DNA of 64,000 bases from an uncultured Lentisphaerales bacterium (lineage in GTDB: Bacteria > Verrucomicrobiota > Kiritimatiellia > RFP12 > UBA3636), in contig CAYOPG010000001.1 in the NCBI GenBank assembly GCA_964405775.1, positions 4,276-68,275 of the forward strand, written 5' to 3'. Positions 20,111 to 31,421 of the stretch are shown piece by piece. How positions within the stretch are numbered: position 1 is the first letter of the stretch; every line of letters starts with the position of its first letter. Position numbers and translations under genes: made by a program. Under the pieces are notes generated by a model, which did not search any database, was not told the DNA's origin, and saw only the letters and a program-made list of their open reading frames with translations.

Positions 20111-21505
20111 ATGCTTTTTTCGTCTGTCATTTTCCTTTGCCTGTTTTTACCAGTAGTACTGGCGCTGTATTACTGCCCATTTTTTCTCGGCAGAGGGTAC
20201 AAGAATTTCATATTGTTTTCGATAAGCATTCTGTTCTACGCGTGGGGTGAGCCTTTTTATGTTTTCCTGCTGCTTGCATCGATAATTTTTAACTGGATAA
20301 TAGGGCTTGCGGCGAAAGGCAGGTTCGCAGGCTTGGCGGTGGGTATCGGCGTAGCAGTCAACATCGCTGTGTTGATGGCATTCAAGTACCTTGATTTTCT
20401 GCTCTACAACATAGGTCTAATTACAAACAGTGAGATCCGTCTTACAGGCTTGCCTCTGCCTATAGGCATTTCATTCTATACTTTTCAGGCAATATCCTAC
20501 ATTGTGGACGTCAAGCGAGGCAAGGCCAAGGCCAGGGTGAACCCAATGGAAATAGGTCTTTATATTTCGCTGTTTCCTCAACTGATTGCCGGACCAATCG
20601 TCAGATACGAAACTATTGCAGAGGAAATCAAGGGCCGAGCCGAAACCATCGCCGACTTCTACGCAGGAATGCAGCGGTTAATAATTGGACTTAGCAAAAA
20701 GGTGATCTTGGCGAACAGCATGGGATTTCTTGCCGACTCTATTTTCGACACCCCTGGCATGGCGCAATCCTCAATGGCCACGGCGTGGATTGCAGCGCTT
20801 GCGTACACCTTTCAGATTTTCTTCGACTTCTCGGGCTATTCAGACATGGCGATCGGTTTAGGCAGGATATTCGGCTTCCACTTTCTCGAAAACTTCAACT
20901 TCCCCTATGTGGCAAAGTCCGTATCCGAGTTCTGGCGGCGATGGCACATCTCGCTCTCTACATGGTTTAGGGACTACGTGTATTTCCCGATGGGCGGAAG
21001 CAGGGTAACCTCCAAGTTCAGGCTTTTGTTCAACTTATTCGTAGTCTGGTCGCTGACCGGCATTTGGCACGGTGCGAACTGGACTTTTCTGTTGTGGGGT
21101 ATTTTTTATTTCATACTCATAGCGCTGGAGAAGACCACTGGCTTTAATAAGCGGTTTGGGTGGTTTGGCCATGTTTACACAATGTCCGCAGTCATAGCCG
21201 GGTGGGTGCTCTTCCGATCTCCTACTGCTGCAGTTGCGGTACAACACCTCAAAACCATGCTGGGCATAGGAGTAGCCGCTGTTTATGACGAGATCACACT
21301 CTGGTGGTTGGAAGAATACTGGCTTGTTTTCCTTGTAGCGGCATTCTTCAGTGTCCAACATTGCAGGATAGGTAGCCTATGGTCGCGACTGCCGGCCTTC
21401 ATAGCCCGCCCGGTGGTTTTTGTCGTTCTCATGGTGCTGCTTGCCGTTAACATCTGCATGCTGGTAAAAAGCACACACAACCCTTTCATATATTTTAACT
21501 TTTAG
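20111..21505 (+). CDS. MBOAT family membrane-bound O-acyltransferase (AlgI/DltB/PatA-like)
   Basis: 464 aa polytopic protein. N-terminus MLFSSVIFLCLFLPVVLALYY and the conserved His region (WRRWHISLSTWFRDYVYFP) typical of MBOAT. Confidence 0.88.
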   Translation: MLFSSVIFLCLFLPVVLALYYCPFFLGRGYKNFILFSISILFYAWGEPFYVFLLLASIIFNWIIGLAAKGRFAGLAVGIGVAVNIAVLMAFKYLDFLLYNIGLITNSEIRLTGLPLPIGISFYTFQAISYIVDVKRGKAKARVNPMEIGLYISLFPQLIAGPIVRYETIAEEIKGRAETIADFYAGMQRLIIGLSKKVILANSMGFLADSIFDTPGMAQSSMATAWIAALAYTFQIFFDFSGYSDMAIGLGRIFGFHFLENFNFPYVAKSVSEFWRRWHISLSTWFRDYVYFPMGGSRVTSKFRLLFNLFVVWSLTGIWHGANWTFLLWGIFYFILIALEKTTGFNKRFGWFGHVYTMSAVIAGWVLFRSPTAAVAVQHLKTMLGIGVAAVYDEITLWWLEEYWLVFLVAAFFSVQHCRIGSLWSRLPAFIARPVVFVVLMVLLAVNICMLVKSTHNPFIYFNF

Positions 21506-21517
21506 GATATTTGGTCT

Positions 21518-22570
21518 GTGAACACTATCAACAACAAACTCTGGCAGATCCTCGCAATTGTTGTATTCATTGCCATGATTTCGTTTATCCCGATCAGAAC
21601 CCTAACATTAAACTGTGATGGTTTTTTCTCTGCCTTGAGAAGCGAGATACGCGCAAAACCCCCGAAAACCAACAATACTTTTATTCGCCTGGCTTACTCG
21701 GCACGTTGCATCGAGCCAGTTCTTTTGGCACATATGGCAGATAAGAATCATTACACCTCGGCAGCTTCCAGATTCGAATATGCTTTCACGCGTCGAGTCA
21801 GAGGAGCAAATAAGGCGAACGTGTGGGGCAAGGATGGCTGGCTTTTTTATATGGCTGATGATGCGCCGAGCATCTTCAAGGGAGTCAACCGGTTTTCGGA
21901 AAAAGAGCTCAAGTCATATCTCAATAACTTAACGGCAGAAAAGGAACATCTCGCATCCTACGGCATGAAACTTGTTTTGCTAATCGTTCCGAACAAAGAG
22001 ACAATCTATGGCGAATTCATGGCTCCGACAATAAAGCGGGAGAACACATATTCCAAAATCGACCAGTTGGTCGACTACCTGAGGTCTAACGGCTTTGAAG
22101 ATGTTGTCTACCCCAAGGCTGAAATGATTGCGGAACACGAAAAACACCACCTTTATTTCAAGGACGACACGCATTGGACCCCTTTGGGAGCTTTTATTGC
22201 TTCACAGCAGCTCAACGCGCATTTGGGCTACGAGCGGCAGTATTTGAATGAGGTCTCTATATCGAATCTGCAACAAGAAAAGATTGGAGACATTTCACGT
22301 CTTCTTGCTACGCAATGGCGAGTACAGGAATCAGAAATTCCCTCCATCGACCCAAAACGCAACGGAACAATTACCGACAAAAAGGTTTTCATAGCAGGCG
22401 ACTCATTCCGTCATCTAATATCACCGGAGTTCGCACATATCAGGCGCGAACACTCCGTCGACACCTATGAACCTAGTCAATTGATGTCGGGGGATTACGA
22501 CATCGTCGTCCTTGAGGCTGTGGAACGCTACCACATGGGACTTCGAGGATTCACTTTTCGTCTGCCGTGA
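21518..22570 (+). CDS. DHHW/AlgX-AlgJ-like periplasmic O-acyltransferase partner (SGNH-like)
   Basis: Signal-anchor N-terminus. DTHW motif in HLYFKDDTHWTPLGAF. Position immediately after the MBOAT gene. Confidence 0.65.
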   Translation: MNTINNKLWQILAIVVFIAMISFIPIRTLTLNCDGFFSALRSEIRAKPPKTNNTFIRLAYSARCIEPVLLAHMADKNHYTSAASRFEYAFTRRVRGANKANVWGKDGWLFYMADDAPSIFKGVNRFSEKELKSYLNNLTAEKEHLASYGMKLVLLIVPNKETIYGEFMAPTIKRENTYSKIDQLVDYLRSNGFEDVVYPKAEMIAEHEKHHLYFKDDTHWTPLGAFIASQQLNAHLGYERQYLNEVSISNLQQEKIGDISRLLATQWRVQESEIPSIDPKRNGTITDKKVFIAGDSFRHLISPEFAHIRREHSVDTYEPSQLMSGDYDIVVLEAVERYHMGLRGFTFRLP

Positions 22571-24338
22571 GCCGCAAAGCGATTGGGAACATGGAGTCGT
22601 ATCGCAATTCCGGATCGTTACCAATAGCGGAACGAAGCATACTTTCCGAGGCTGCGACCAGAATTCCACACCCATCCCCATCTTCGCGGAAGCGGGTCAC
22701 TGCCGTGTAGAGCAGAGAACGCGTAAGAACACGCGTCTTGTAGGGGGGGATGACAACAGCCAATCGTGAATATTCGCTCCCTTGCGATTTGTGGATTGTG
22801 ATGGCATAAGCCGGAGCGTGGTTCGGGAGTCCTCCCACAGGGAATCTGCGGCACTCCCCATACTCGCTGTTTTCTGGTTTGAAGAAGGCGACTCGTGCCG
22901 CTGGGTTCGTGGCAGAGTTCATTATGACACCGGTGTCGCCATTGAAAAGGCGCAGGTCATAATCGTTCTCCAGTATAATGATGGGCTGCGGGTCACAATG
23001 ATTCTCAACGTTCTTTGAAAGCCATCTGGCACAGGCAATGTTGAGCGCATCGCACCCAAACGGACCCGCATTCTGCGCACAGAGAATGCGGGCTTTTTCG
23101 AATGCCTCGATGGCTCCGGCAGGGTCTTCGAACGTTGATGCCCTGAAAACTCCAAAAAGACTCTCGTATAGAGCTGGGCCGTCTTTTTCCGGCATCCAGT
23201 CGCGACACCACAGCAGCGGAGGTGCGGCATTGCGCAGACATTCGACGGCTTTGGCCGGTTTGTTCTCCACTACCGCCCACGCAAGTAAGCCAACACTCTC
23301 GTCGGTGCGGAAACGATATGTTTTTTTCAGTTCATGAACAGACTTGGCGAAGCGAGAGGTATCAGGGTTGCCAATAGCATCGCGGCAGATCGCCCCCAGA
23401 ATATTGCCAGGCTCGACTGATTTTAGCTGATGTCTGTCTCCCAACAAAATCAGTTTGGTGTCAGGCGCAATCGCCTGGAGAAGAAGCTGCATCAGCTCTG
23501 CAGAGATCATTGAAGCCTCGTCGACAACGACGGCGTCGGCGGCGATAGGGTTGGATTCTTTTCTGGCGGGCGCCCTGCCCTCGCCTGAGATCCCCAACAA
23601 GCGGTGTATGGTGGATGCAACTTCGATTTTAAAATTCTCAGGAATTAATTTTGACCCCCTCAAAGATTCTGACATGCGAGCCGCGGCCTTGCCGCTGGGC
23701 GCCGCCATTCTGACAGTCGCCGTGGGATTGTCTGCCGCCAGTCTTGCAATTATGCCTGCCACTGTAGTGGTCTTTCCGGTGCCGGGACCGCCTGTGATTA
23801 CGGTAAGCCGGTTCGCAACAGCCCATTGCGCCGCGGCGTTCTGCTCGTCGTTGAGATCGTCGTGGCAGAGTCCATACTCCGCCACGGGGTTGTCGGTGAC
23901 GATTGAATTTAGACGTTGCGCGATGTCGTGTTCACGCAAAGCAAAACGCGTGAGGGCAACTTTGAACGCCCCGCTCGATTCTGCGTGGTATTGCAGTGGC
24001 AGTGTGGATCTATCATTGGGAAACTTGTCGCAAGCTCCTGATGAGAGAAGGGTTTCACGCCACACATCGGCGTCTGGTAGCGTTACGGATCTGACATCAT
24101 CCATACCGGACATCTCAAAAATGTCATCTGCTGGGAAAGCGCGTCCGGCAAACTTTTCAACATCCACGCATGTGTGGCCCAATTCATGAAGAGTGGACGC
24201 AAGAGCAACGGTCAGACGCACGCATTCCCGAGCGCTCCCTTCGGGGTATTCTACGGCCACTGTGCCGGACAGCCACCGTGCTAGCGGCTTGAGCGCGGCG
24301 TCTGGCAATGTCGGAAATAAATTGAGATCTGTCAACAT
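22551..24338 (-). CDS. recD: RecD-like DNA helicase (exodeoxyribonuclease V alpha-subunit family, SF1)
   Basis: 595 aa. Walker A VITGGPGTGKTTTV, motifs VVVDEASM and LLGDRHQL. No recB/recC in the window. Confidence 0.85.
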   Translation of the reverse strand: MLTDLNLFPTLPDAALKPLARWLSGTVAVEYPEGSARECVRLTVALASTLHELGHTCVDVEKFAGRAFPADDIFEMSGMDDVRSVTLPDADVWRETLLSSGACDKFPNDRSTLPLQYHAESSGAFKVALTRFALREHDIAQRLNSIVTDNPVAEYGLCHDDLNDEQNAAAQWAVANRLTVITGGPGTGKTTTVAGIIARLAADNPTATVRMAAPSGKAAARMSESLRGSKLIPENFKIEVASTIHRLLGISGEGRAPARKESNPIAADAVVVDEASMISAELMQLLLQAIAPDTKLILLGDRHQLKSVEPGNILGAICRDAIGNPDTSRFAKSVHELKKTYRFRTDESVGLLAWAVVENKPAKAVECLRNAAPPLLWCRDWMPEKDGPALYESLFGVFRASTFEDPAGAIEAFEKARILCAQNAGPFGCDALNIACARWLSKNVENHCDPQPIIILENDYDLRLFNGDTGVIMNSATNPAARVAFFKPENSEYGECRRFPVGGLPNHAPAYAITIHKSQGSEYSRLAVVIPPYKTRVLTRSLLYTAVTRFREDGDGCGILVAASESMLRSAIGNDPELRYDSMFPIALRLTADEK

Positions 24339-24543
24339 GGTAACCCCTTGGGCATGCCACTAATTATACCTGAATTCAGTACATTATAGCCAATCCTTTT
24401 AAAAGCAGACCATTTTTGACACAAACTATTGCTCTTTACTTGTTTGACCAAAGTATATGTGTTAAAATCCATGACGTTGCTGCGACCGCTGGACGCGGCC
24501 ACCAAAACACAGCACCCTCCAAAACCGGAAACAAGGATATGCC

Positions 24544-25191
24544 ATGAATATGTTTTTATTGACCACCCTCGCCCAAGCCGAAACACAGACGTCACAAGCG
24601 ACGTTCCCGACGTGGATTATAATTCTCGTCGTTGTCGCAGTAATAGCACTCGCCTTAATCGGCATGTACAACTCTCTTGTGACGCTGCGCAACCGCTACA
24701 AAAACGCTTTTTCGCAAATAGATGTTCAACTCAAAAGGCGTTACGATCTTATACCCAACCTAGTCGAATCGGTCAAAGGCTACATGAAGCATGAGCGCGA
24801 AACACTGGAAGCCGTGATCAAGGCGCGCAATATCGCGGCTACAGCCGCTCAAGCTGCGAGCTCAGCGCCCGGTGATCCTGATGCTATGGGCAATCTGGCA
24901 GCGGCAGAAAGCTCACTGAAGGGTGCAATGTCGCGCCTTATGGTGGTGGTTGAACGCTACCCTGAACTCAAGGCAAATGAAAACATGATGGCGCTTCAGG
25001 AAGAACTCACTTCCACTGAAAACAAGGTGTCGTTCGCCCGTCAGGCATACAACGATGCGGCGATGGCTTACAACACTAAGCGCGAGGTGTTCCCCAACAA
25101 CATTTTTGCGGGTATGTTCGGCTTCAGAGAAGCCAAGCTGTTCGAAGTTGCTGACGCGACCGAGCGCGAGGCTCCCAAAGTCCAGTTCTAA
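24544..25191 (+). CDS. lemA: LemA family protein
   Basis: N-terminal TM plus NRYKNAFSQIDVQLKRRYDLIPNLVESVKGY...ERYPELKANEN. Confidence 0.9.
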   Translation: MNMFLLTTLAQAETQTSQATFPTWIIILVVVAVIALALIGMYNSLVTLRNRYKNAFSQIDVQLKRRYDLIPNLVESVKGYMKHERETLEAVIKARNIAATAAQAASSAPGDPDAMGNLAAAESSLKGAMSRLMVVVERYPELKANENMMALQEELTSTENKVSFARQAYNDAAMAYNTKREVFPNNIFAGMFGFREAKLFEVADATEREAPKVQF

Positions 25192-25205
25192 TCGCTTATC
25201 GTTAA

Positions 25206-27203
<1,998 letters not shown>

Positions 27204-27219
27204 ACACGCAATCCAGAAA

Positions 27220-28443
27220 ATGAAAAGACTTGCTATATTGGGCGGCGAACCGGTTAACAAAAAAACACCAGAATTCATAAAGTGGCCGGTCGCGGGAGAG
27301 CTTGAAAAAAAAGCGCTGCTGGAAGTGTTGGAATCCGGCAAATGGGGCGCCGATGGAGAGCAGAGACTCTCTCTTTCACATGAGTTCGCGGAGTACTGCG
27401 GCACAAAACACGCCCTTCCAGCCATTAACGGCACGACATGCCTTGAGATGATCCTGAGAGCGTTGGGCATAGGACGCGGCGATGAGGTTGTAGTGTCGCC
27501 ATACACATTCGTGGCAAGCGTTCACGCAATAGTGAACACTGGCGCCTTTCCGGTGTTTGCCGACACCGATCCGGAGACTCAGAACCTTTCGCCTGAGTCG
27601 TGCGAGGACGCCATAACAAACAGGACCCGAGCGATTATGGCAGTCCACATGGGTGGGCGCCCCGCCGACCTCGATGCTCTTATGGAGATTTCAAACAGAC
27701 GTGGCATCCCTCTTATTGAGGACGCGTCGCACGCACATGGCTCGGAGTGGAAAGGATCAAAAGTCGGCAGTTTCGGAATCGCGGGCGCCTTCAGCTGTCA
27801 GGCGTCTAAGAACATCAGCGCGGGCGAAGGCGGGATAATCACAACGAACGACTCCGGGCTATATGAAAAACTGCTTTGCCTGCACGACTACGGGCGGGCA
27901 GGCGGCGTTGTAGCAGAGTTAGGCACTAACGCACGCCTCGCAGAATGGCAGTGCGCCATACTGCGGGCGCAACTCCACAGGCTCGACGCTGACAACGAGC
28001 GCCGCTACCGTAACAAAGGGATTCTAGAAGAGGTGTTCCGCCAAACAAAATCCCTTGAGCCACTCAAGCGTGACGACCGCATCACGATGAACTCGTGTCA
28101 CGTCTTCACGTTCCGTTACCACTCGGAAAATCTGCTCGGGCTTACACGTCAACAGTTCTTTAAAGCACTTTGCGCCGAGAATGTTTGTTCAGGAGGCCCT
28201 GGATACGCCGAACCGATTTACACCATGAAGTTCATGCACTCTGATGAATTCCTAAAAAAAACAGGCCGCAAGTTCATGACTAGGCCGGAACAAATGCCCG
28301 GCAATGAAATTGTCGCCCACAGCGAAGGCTGCTGGTTCTACCACTCGACGTTGCTTGGAGAAAAAGAAGACACAGAAAGGCTCGCCGAGGCGATTTTTAA
28401 AGTGGAAGCGAATGCGGAAGCGCTGGTTAAGGAGTTCTCATAA
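27220..28443 (+). CDS. DegT/DnrJ/EryC1/StrS family PLP aminotransferase (paralog 1)
   Basis: 408 aa from ATG 27220. GKWGADGEQ...VVVSPYTFVASVHAIV...AVHMGGRPADLDAL...FSCQASKNISAGEGG. The ORF-track start at 27166 overlaps the previous gene. Confidence 0.88.
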   Translation: MKRLAILGGEPVNKKTPEFIKWPVAGELEKKALLEVLESGKWGADGEQRLSLSHEFAEYCGTKHALPAINGTTCLEMILRALGIGRGDEVVVSPYTFVASVHAIVNTGAFPVFADTDPETQNLSPESCEDAITNRTRAIMAVHMGGRPADLDALMEISNRRGIPLIEDASHAHGSEWKGSKVGSFGIAGAFSCQASKNISAGEGGIITTNDSGLYEKLLCLHDYGRAGGVVAELGTNARLAEWQCAILRAQLHRLDADNERRYRNKGILEEVFRQTKSLEPLKRDDRITMNSCHVFTFRYHSENLLGLTRQQFFKALCAENVCSGGPGYAEPIYTMKFMHSDEFLKKTGRKFMTRPEQMPGNEIVAHSEGCWFYHSTLLGEKEDTERLAEAIFKVEANAEALVKEFS

Positions 28444-28457
28444 CTAATGGAGACTAT

Positions 28458-29645
28458 ATGCAACCGAATTCGATAAAACCTGCCGTTGAATTTCCCGCAT
28501 GGCCGCAATGGGATGAGCATGAACGCAATAACATCTTGAAAGCCCTGCAGGATCGGAACTGGGGGACACTCGGCCCCGTGGCAATGGGGTTTGCAAGACG
28601 GTTTGCCGAATACATTGGGGTACCCCATGCTGTTCCGGTAAATTCTGGCTCGCAGGCCATGCAAATACTTTTAGAGGGCGCTGGGATCGGGTTCGGCGAC
28701 GAAGTTATCGTACCGGCTTACGCTTGCAGTCCGACGGCGTCAGCTGTTGCGATTACAGGTGCGGTGCCCGTCTTCGCAGATGTTGGCGCGGGCGATGCCT
28801 GTTTGTTGCCATCCGAGGTAGAGCGGCTGATCACGTCCAAAACGCGCGCGATAATAGCCGTGCACCTAGGAGGTATGCCGTGCGATATGGAGGCATTGAA
28901 TAGGGTGGCGAAGCGCCATTCCATCTTGCTGTTGGAAGACTGCTCCCACGCTCATGGAGCGGAATTCCTAGAACGTCGCGCCGGTTCTCTGGGCAACGGA
29001 GCCATATTCAGCTTTGGCAGTGGCATGAACATGACCTGTGGAGAAGGCGGAATCATTGTGACTGGCTCCTACGAACTTTATGCCGAATGCTGGCATTTAC
29101 ACACTTCTGGCCGAGCACTTGCCGGGAGCTCCGAATTCGGTGGTACTGTGTTGATGGGCACTAATGGGCGGATGGCAGAATGGGAAGCCGCGATTCTGGA
29201 TGCCCAGATGGATCGCCTGGAAGCGCAGAATGCAACTAGAACGCGAAACGCCGTCGCTCTAAAACAAAAGCTTGGAGAACTCGACGGGCTGATTTTACGG
29301 GATTCTGACCCTCGGGTTTCACTAAACGCATTCAATTATTTCGGTGTAAGACTAGATCTTAGGCGCATAAATTGCGACCGTAATGGTTTTGTCTACGCAC
29401 TCGCCGCGCGAGGCACACCAGCCACAACCGGCTTTGCAGCGCTCTGCCGCATGGAGATGCTCAAGAGCGAAAGTTACGTCAAGAGCACTGGGCACGCCTT
29501 TGCGGATGACAAGCGGACACCAAACGCGGAAGTTTGGGCGGAAAGCTCCGTCTGGCTTCCAGGACGTGTTTTGCTGGGCACCGAGGAGCATGTCGCGAAA
29601 ATCTTCGAAGACTTTCGCGAAGTCGCACTTGCCAATGCGAAGTGA
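28458..29645 (+). CDS. DegT/DnrJ/EryC1/StrS family PLP aminotransferase (paralog 2)
   Basis: 395 aa. VIVPAYACSPTASAV...AVHLGGMPCDMEAL...FSFGSGMNMTCGEGG. Confidence 0.88.
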   Translation: MQPNSIKPAVEFPAWPQWDEHERNNILKALQDRNWGTLGPVAMGFARRFAEYIGVPHAVPVNSGSQAMQILLEGAGIGFGDEVIVPAYACSPTASAVAITGAVPVFADVGAGDACLLPSEVERLITSKTRAIIAVHLGGMPCDMEALNRVAKRHSILLLEDCSHAHGAEFLERRAGSLGNGAIFSFGSGMNMTCGEGGIIVTGSYELYAECWHLHTSGRALAGSSEFGGTVLMGTNGRMAEWEAAILDAQMDRLEAQNATRTRNAVALKQKLGELDGLILRDSDPRVSLNAFNYFGVRLDLRRINCDRNGFVYALAARGTPATTGFAALCRMEMLKSESYVKSTGHAFADDKRTPNAEVWAESSVWLPGRVLLGTEEHVAKIFEDFREVALANAK

Positions 29646-29654
29646 GGTTCGTCG

Positions 29655-30617
29655 GTGAGTGGGCAGATAGTAATAGGAGTCGATGGAGGCGGCAGCCGAA
29701 CAACAGCGGTTGCGGCGTCGAAGGACGGACGGCTTCTATCCGTCGCACATGGCGAAGGAATCAACTACAACACAATCGGAATGGATGAGGCCCGGCGCCG
29801 GCTGCGTAAAGTTGTAGAACAATTGCTCCAGAGTTGCGGAGCCAGAGACATCCGGTTCATATCTGTGGGGATGTCGGCACTAGATGGGCCCGCCACTGCG
29901 GAAGTGCTCAACCAGTTCGCTGGTGGCGAGTTCCCCACAGAAAAGCTTATTCTGGACTCAGATGCCAACGCCGCGCTTTACGCCGCAACTCTTGGAGGCA
30001 AAGGGACGATTGTCATATGCGGAACGGGATCCATGGTGCAGTCGTCTGATGGTCGTGGCAATGTCCGCGTGGGCGGTGGCTGGGGCGTTGTGACCGGGGA
30101 TCCAGGAAGCGGCTACCAGCTCGCGACGGATGGATTGCGAGCCGCTACTGCGGCATGGGACGGAATCGCACAGCCCACGATGCTGTGTGCAGAAGCTCTT
30201 GCGTTCTTCGGAGCTGACAAGCCTCGTTCGCTCATAGAAAAAATCTATGCGCCAGAAATGAATGCCGCCCTCCTGGCGAGGTTCTCGAAGCAAGTTGAAA
30301 AATGCGCCGCCGACGGCGATCATGTGGCTATAACTGTAATCGAGCGCAACATGTACGACCTCGCTAGTATAGCTGCCGCAACAGCCTTTGAAGCTGAAGG
30401 ACAGACTTTCTGGTTATACGGCGGAGTTTTTGAAAACAGTGAATTAATGAGAAAGATTTTTTCTCTGGCATTGGCGAAACTAGCATGTGGATCATCAACG
30501 AGAGTGCTAGACGTGTCGCCTTCCGTTGGAGCACTGCTTTATGGTTACAAAATGCTAGGCGAGCTGACATCAGAGGTTGAAAACGCCATCAAGACAACAT
30601 ACAAAGAGGTGTTTTAG
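29655..30617 (+). CDS. BadF/BadG/BcrA/BcrD-type ATPase, N-acetylglucosamine-kinase-like sugar kinase
   Basis: GTG start. IVIGVDGGGSRTTAV...ICGTGSM...GGGWGVVTGDPGSGY. Confidence 0.8.
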   Translation: MSGQIVIGVDGGGSRTTAVAASKDGRLLSVAHGEGINYNTIGMDEARRRLRKVVEQLLQSCGARDIRFISVGMSALDGPATAEVLNQFAGGEFPTEKLILDSDANAALYAATLGGKGTIVICGTGSMVQSSDGRGNVRVGGGWGVVTGDPGSGYQLATDGLRAATAAWDGIAQPTMLCAEALAFFGADKPRSLIEKIYAPEMNAALLARFSKQVEKCAADGDHVAITVIERNMYDLASIAAATAFEAEGQTFWLYGGVFENSELMRKIFSLALAKLACGSSTRVLDVSPSVGALLYGYKMLGELTSEVENAIKTTYKEVF

Positions 30618-30619
30618 AA

Positions 30620-31354
30620 ATGAGTGCGATAGAAGCATACTGGAAGGCTCTTTCAATAATAATGACTGAAGCGTTTACGCGACAGGCAGAGACGCTTGAG
30701 AAGGCTGCTCGGGCTATTGCCTCGGCGCTTCAAGAAAAGCACATGGTTTACACTTTCGGCACAGGACACGGACATCTGCTTTCTCTGGAGCTTTTCTACC
30801 GCGCCGGAGGACTTGCGAGCCTTTGCCCGATGCTTGATGAAACCCTGATGCTTCACAAAGAGGCTGCCAAAGGCTCCGAGTTGGAGAGGCTGAGCGGAAA
30901 GGCGCGCGAGTTGATTGTAAAATACGGCGTAAAAAAAGGAGACATCGTCTTGGTGTGCTCAAACTCAGGGAGGAATGCTGCTCCTGTTGAAATGGCAGCA
31001 GAGGCGAAATCTGTCGGCGCGGTTGTAATCGCGCTTACAAGCATACGCCATTCCTCATCTGTATCTCCGCGTAACGCGCTGGGCAAACGCCTGTACGAAG
31101 CCGCAGACATTGTATTGGACAACTTCGGCGAACCGGGAGACGCCATTTTCGAGGTTTCTGACGGCATGCGCGCGGGCCCCACATCCACGGCGGTCGGTTC
31201 TGCGCTGCTACAAGCCATCGTTTGCCGCGTTTCCGAGATTCTTAACGAGCAAAAAGCCAACGTCGAGTTCTACAAATCAGCGAACATCGATGGTGGCGAC
31301 GCATGGAATTCTGTCCTCATCGAAAAATACAAGCCGCTAATCCCGCATCTGTGA
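30620..31354 (+). CDS. SIS-domain protein (UPF0309-like)
   Basis: 244 aa. YTFGTGHGHLL...IVLVCSNSGRNAAPVEMAAEAK...VIALTS pattern of a sugar-phosphate-binding SIS fold. Confidence 0.6.
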   Translation: MSAIEAYWKALSIIMTEAFTRQAETLEKAARAIASALQEKHMVYTFGTGHGHLLSLELFYRAGGLASLCPMLDETLMLHKEAAKGSELERLSGKARELIVKYGVKKGDIVLVCSNSGRNAAPVEMAAEAKSVGAVVIALTSIRHSSSVSPRNALGKRLYEAADIVLDNFGEPGDAIFEVSDGMRAGPTSTAVGSALLQAIVCRVSEILNEQKANVEFYKSANIDGGDAWNSVLIEKYKPLIPHL

Positions 31355-31421
31355 CGTGCAAGTTTGCCATCCATCACAGGTCGTGGTAGAATTAGCACCA
31401 ACAAACAGCGAATAAGGATAT

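Noticed and set aside
23455-24189. 244-aa plus-strand ORF inside the recD-like gene
   Set aside because: Antisense to the helicase Walker A/B region. No motifs.
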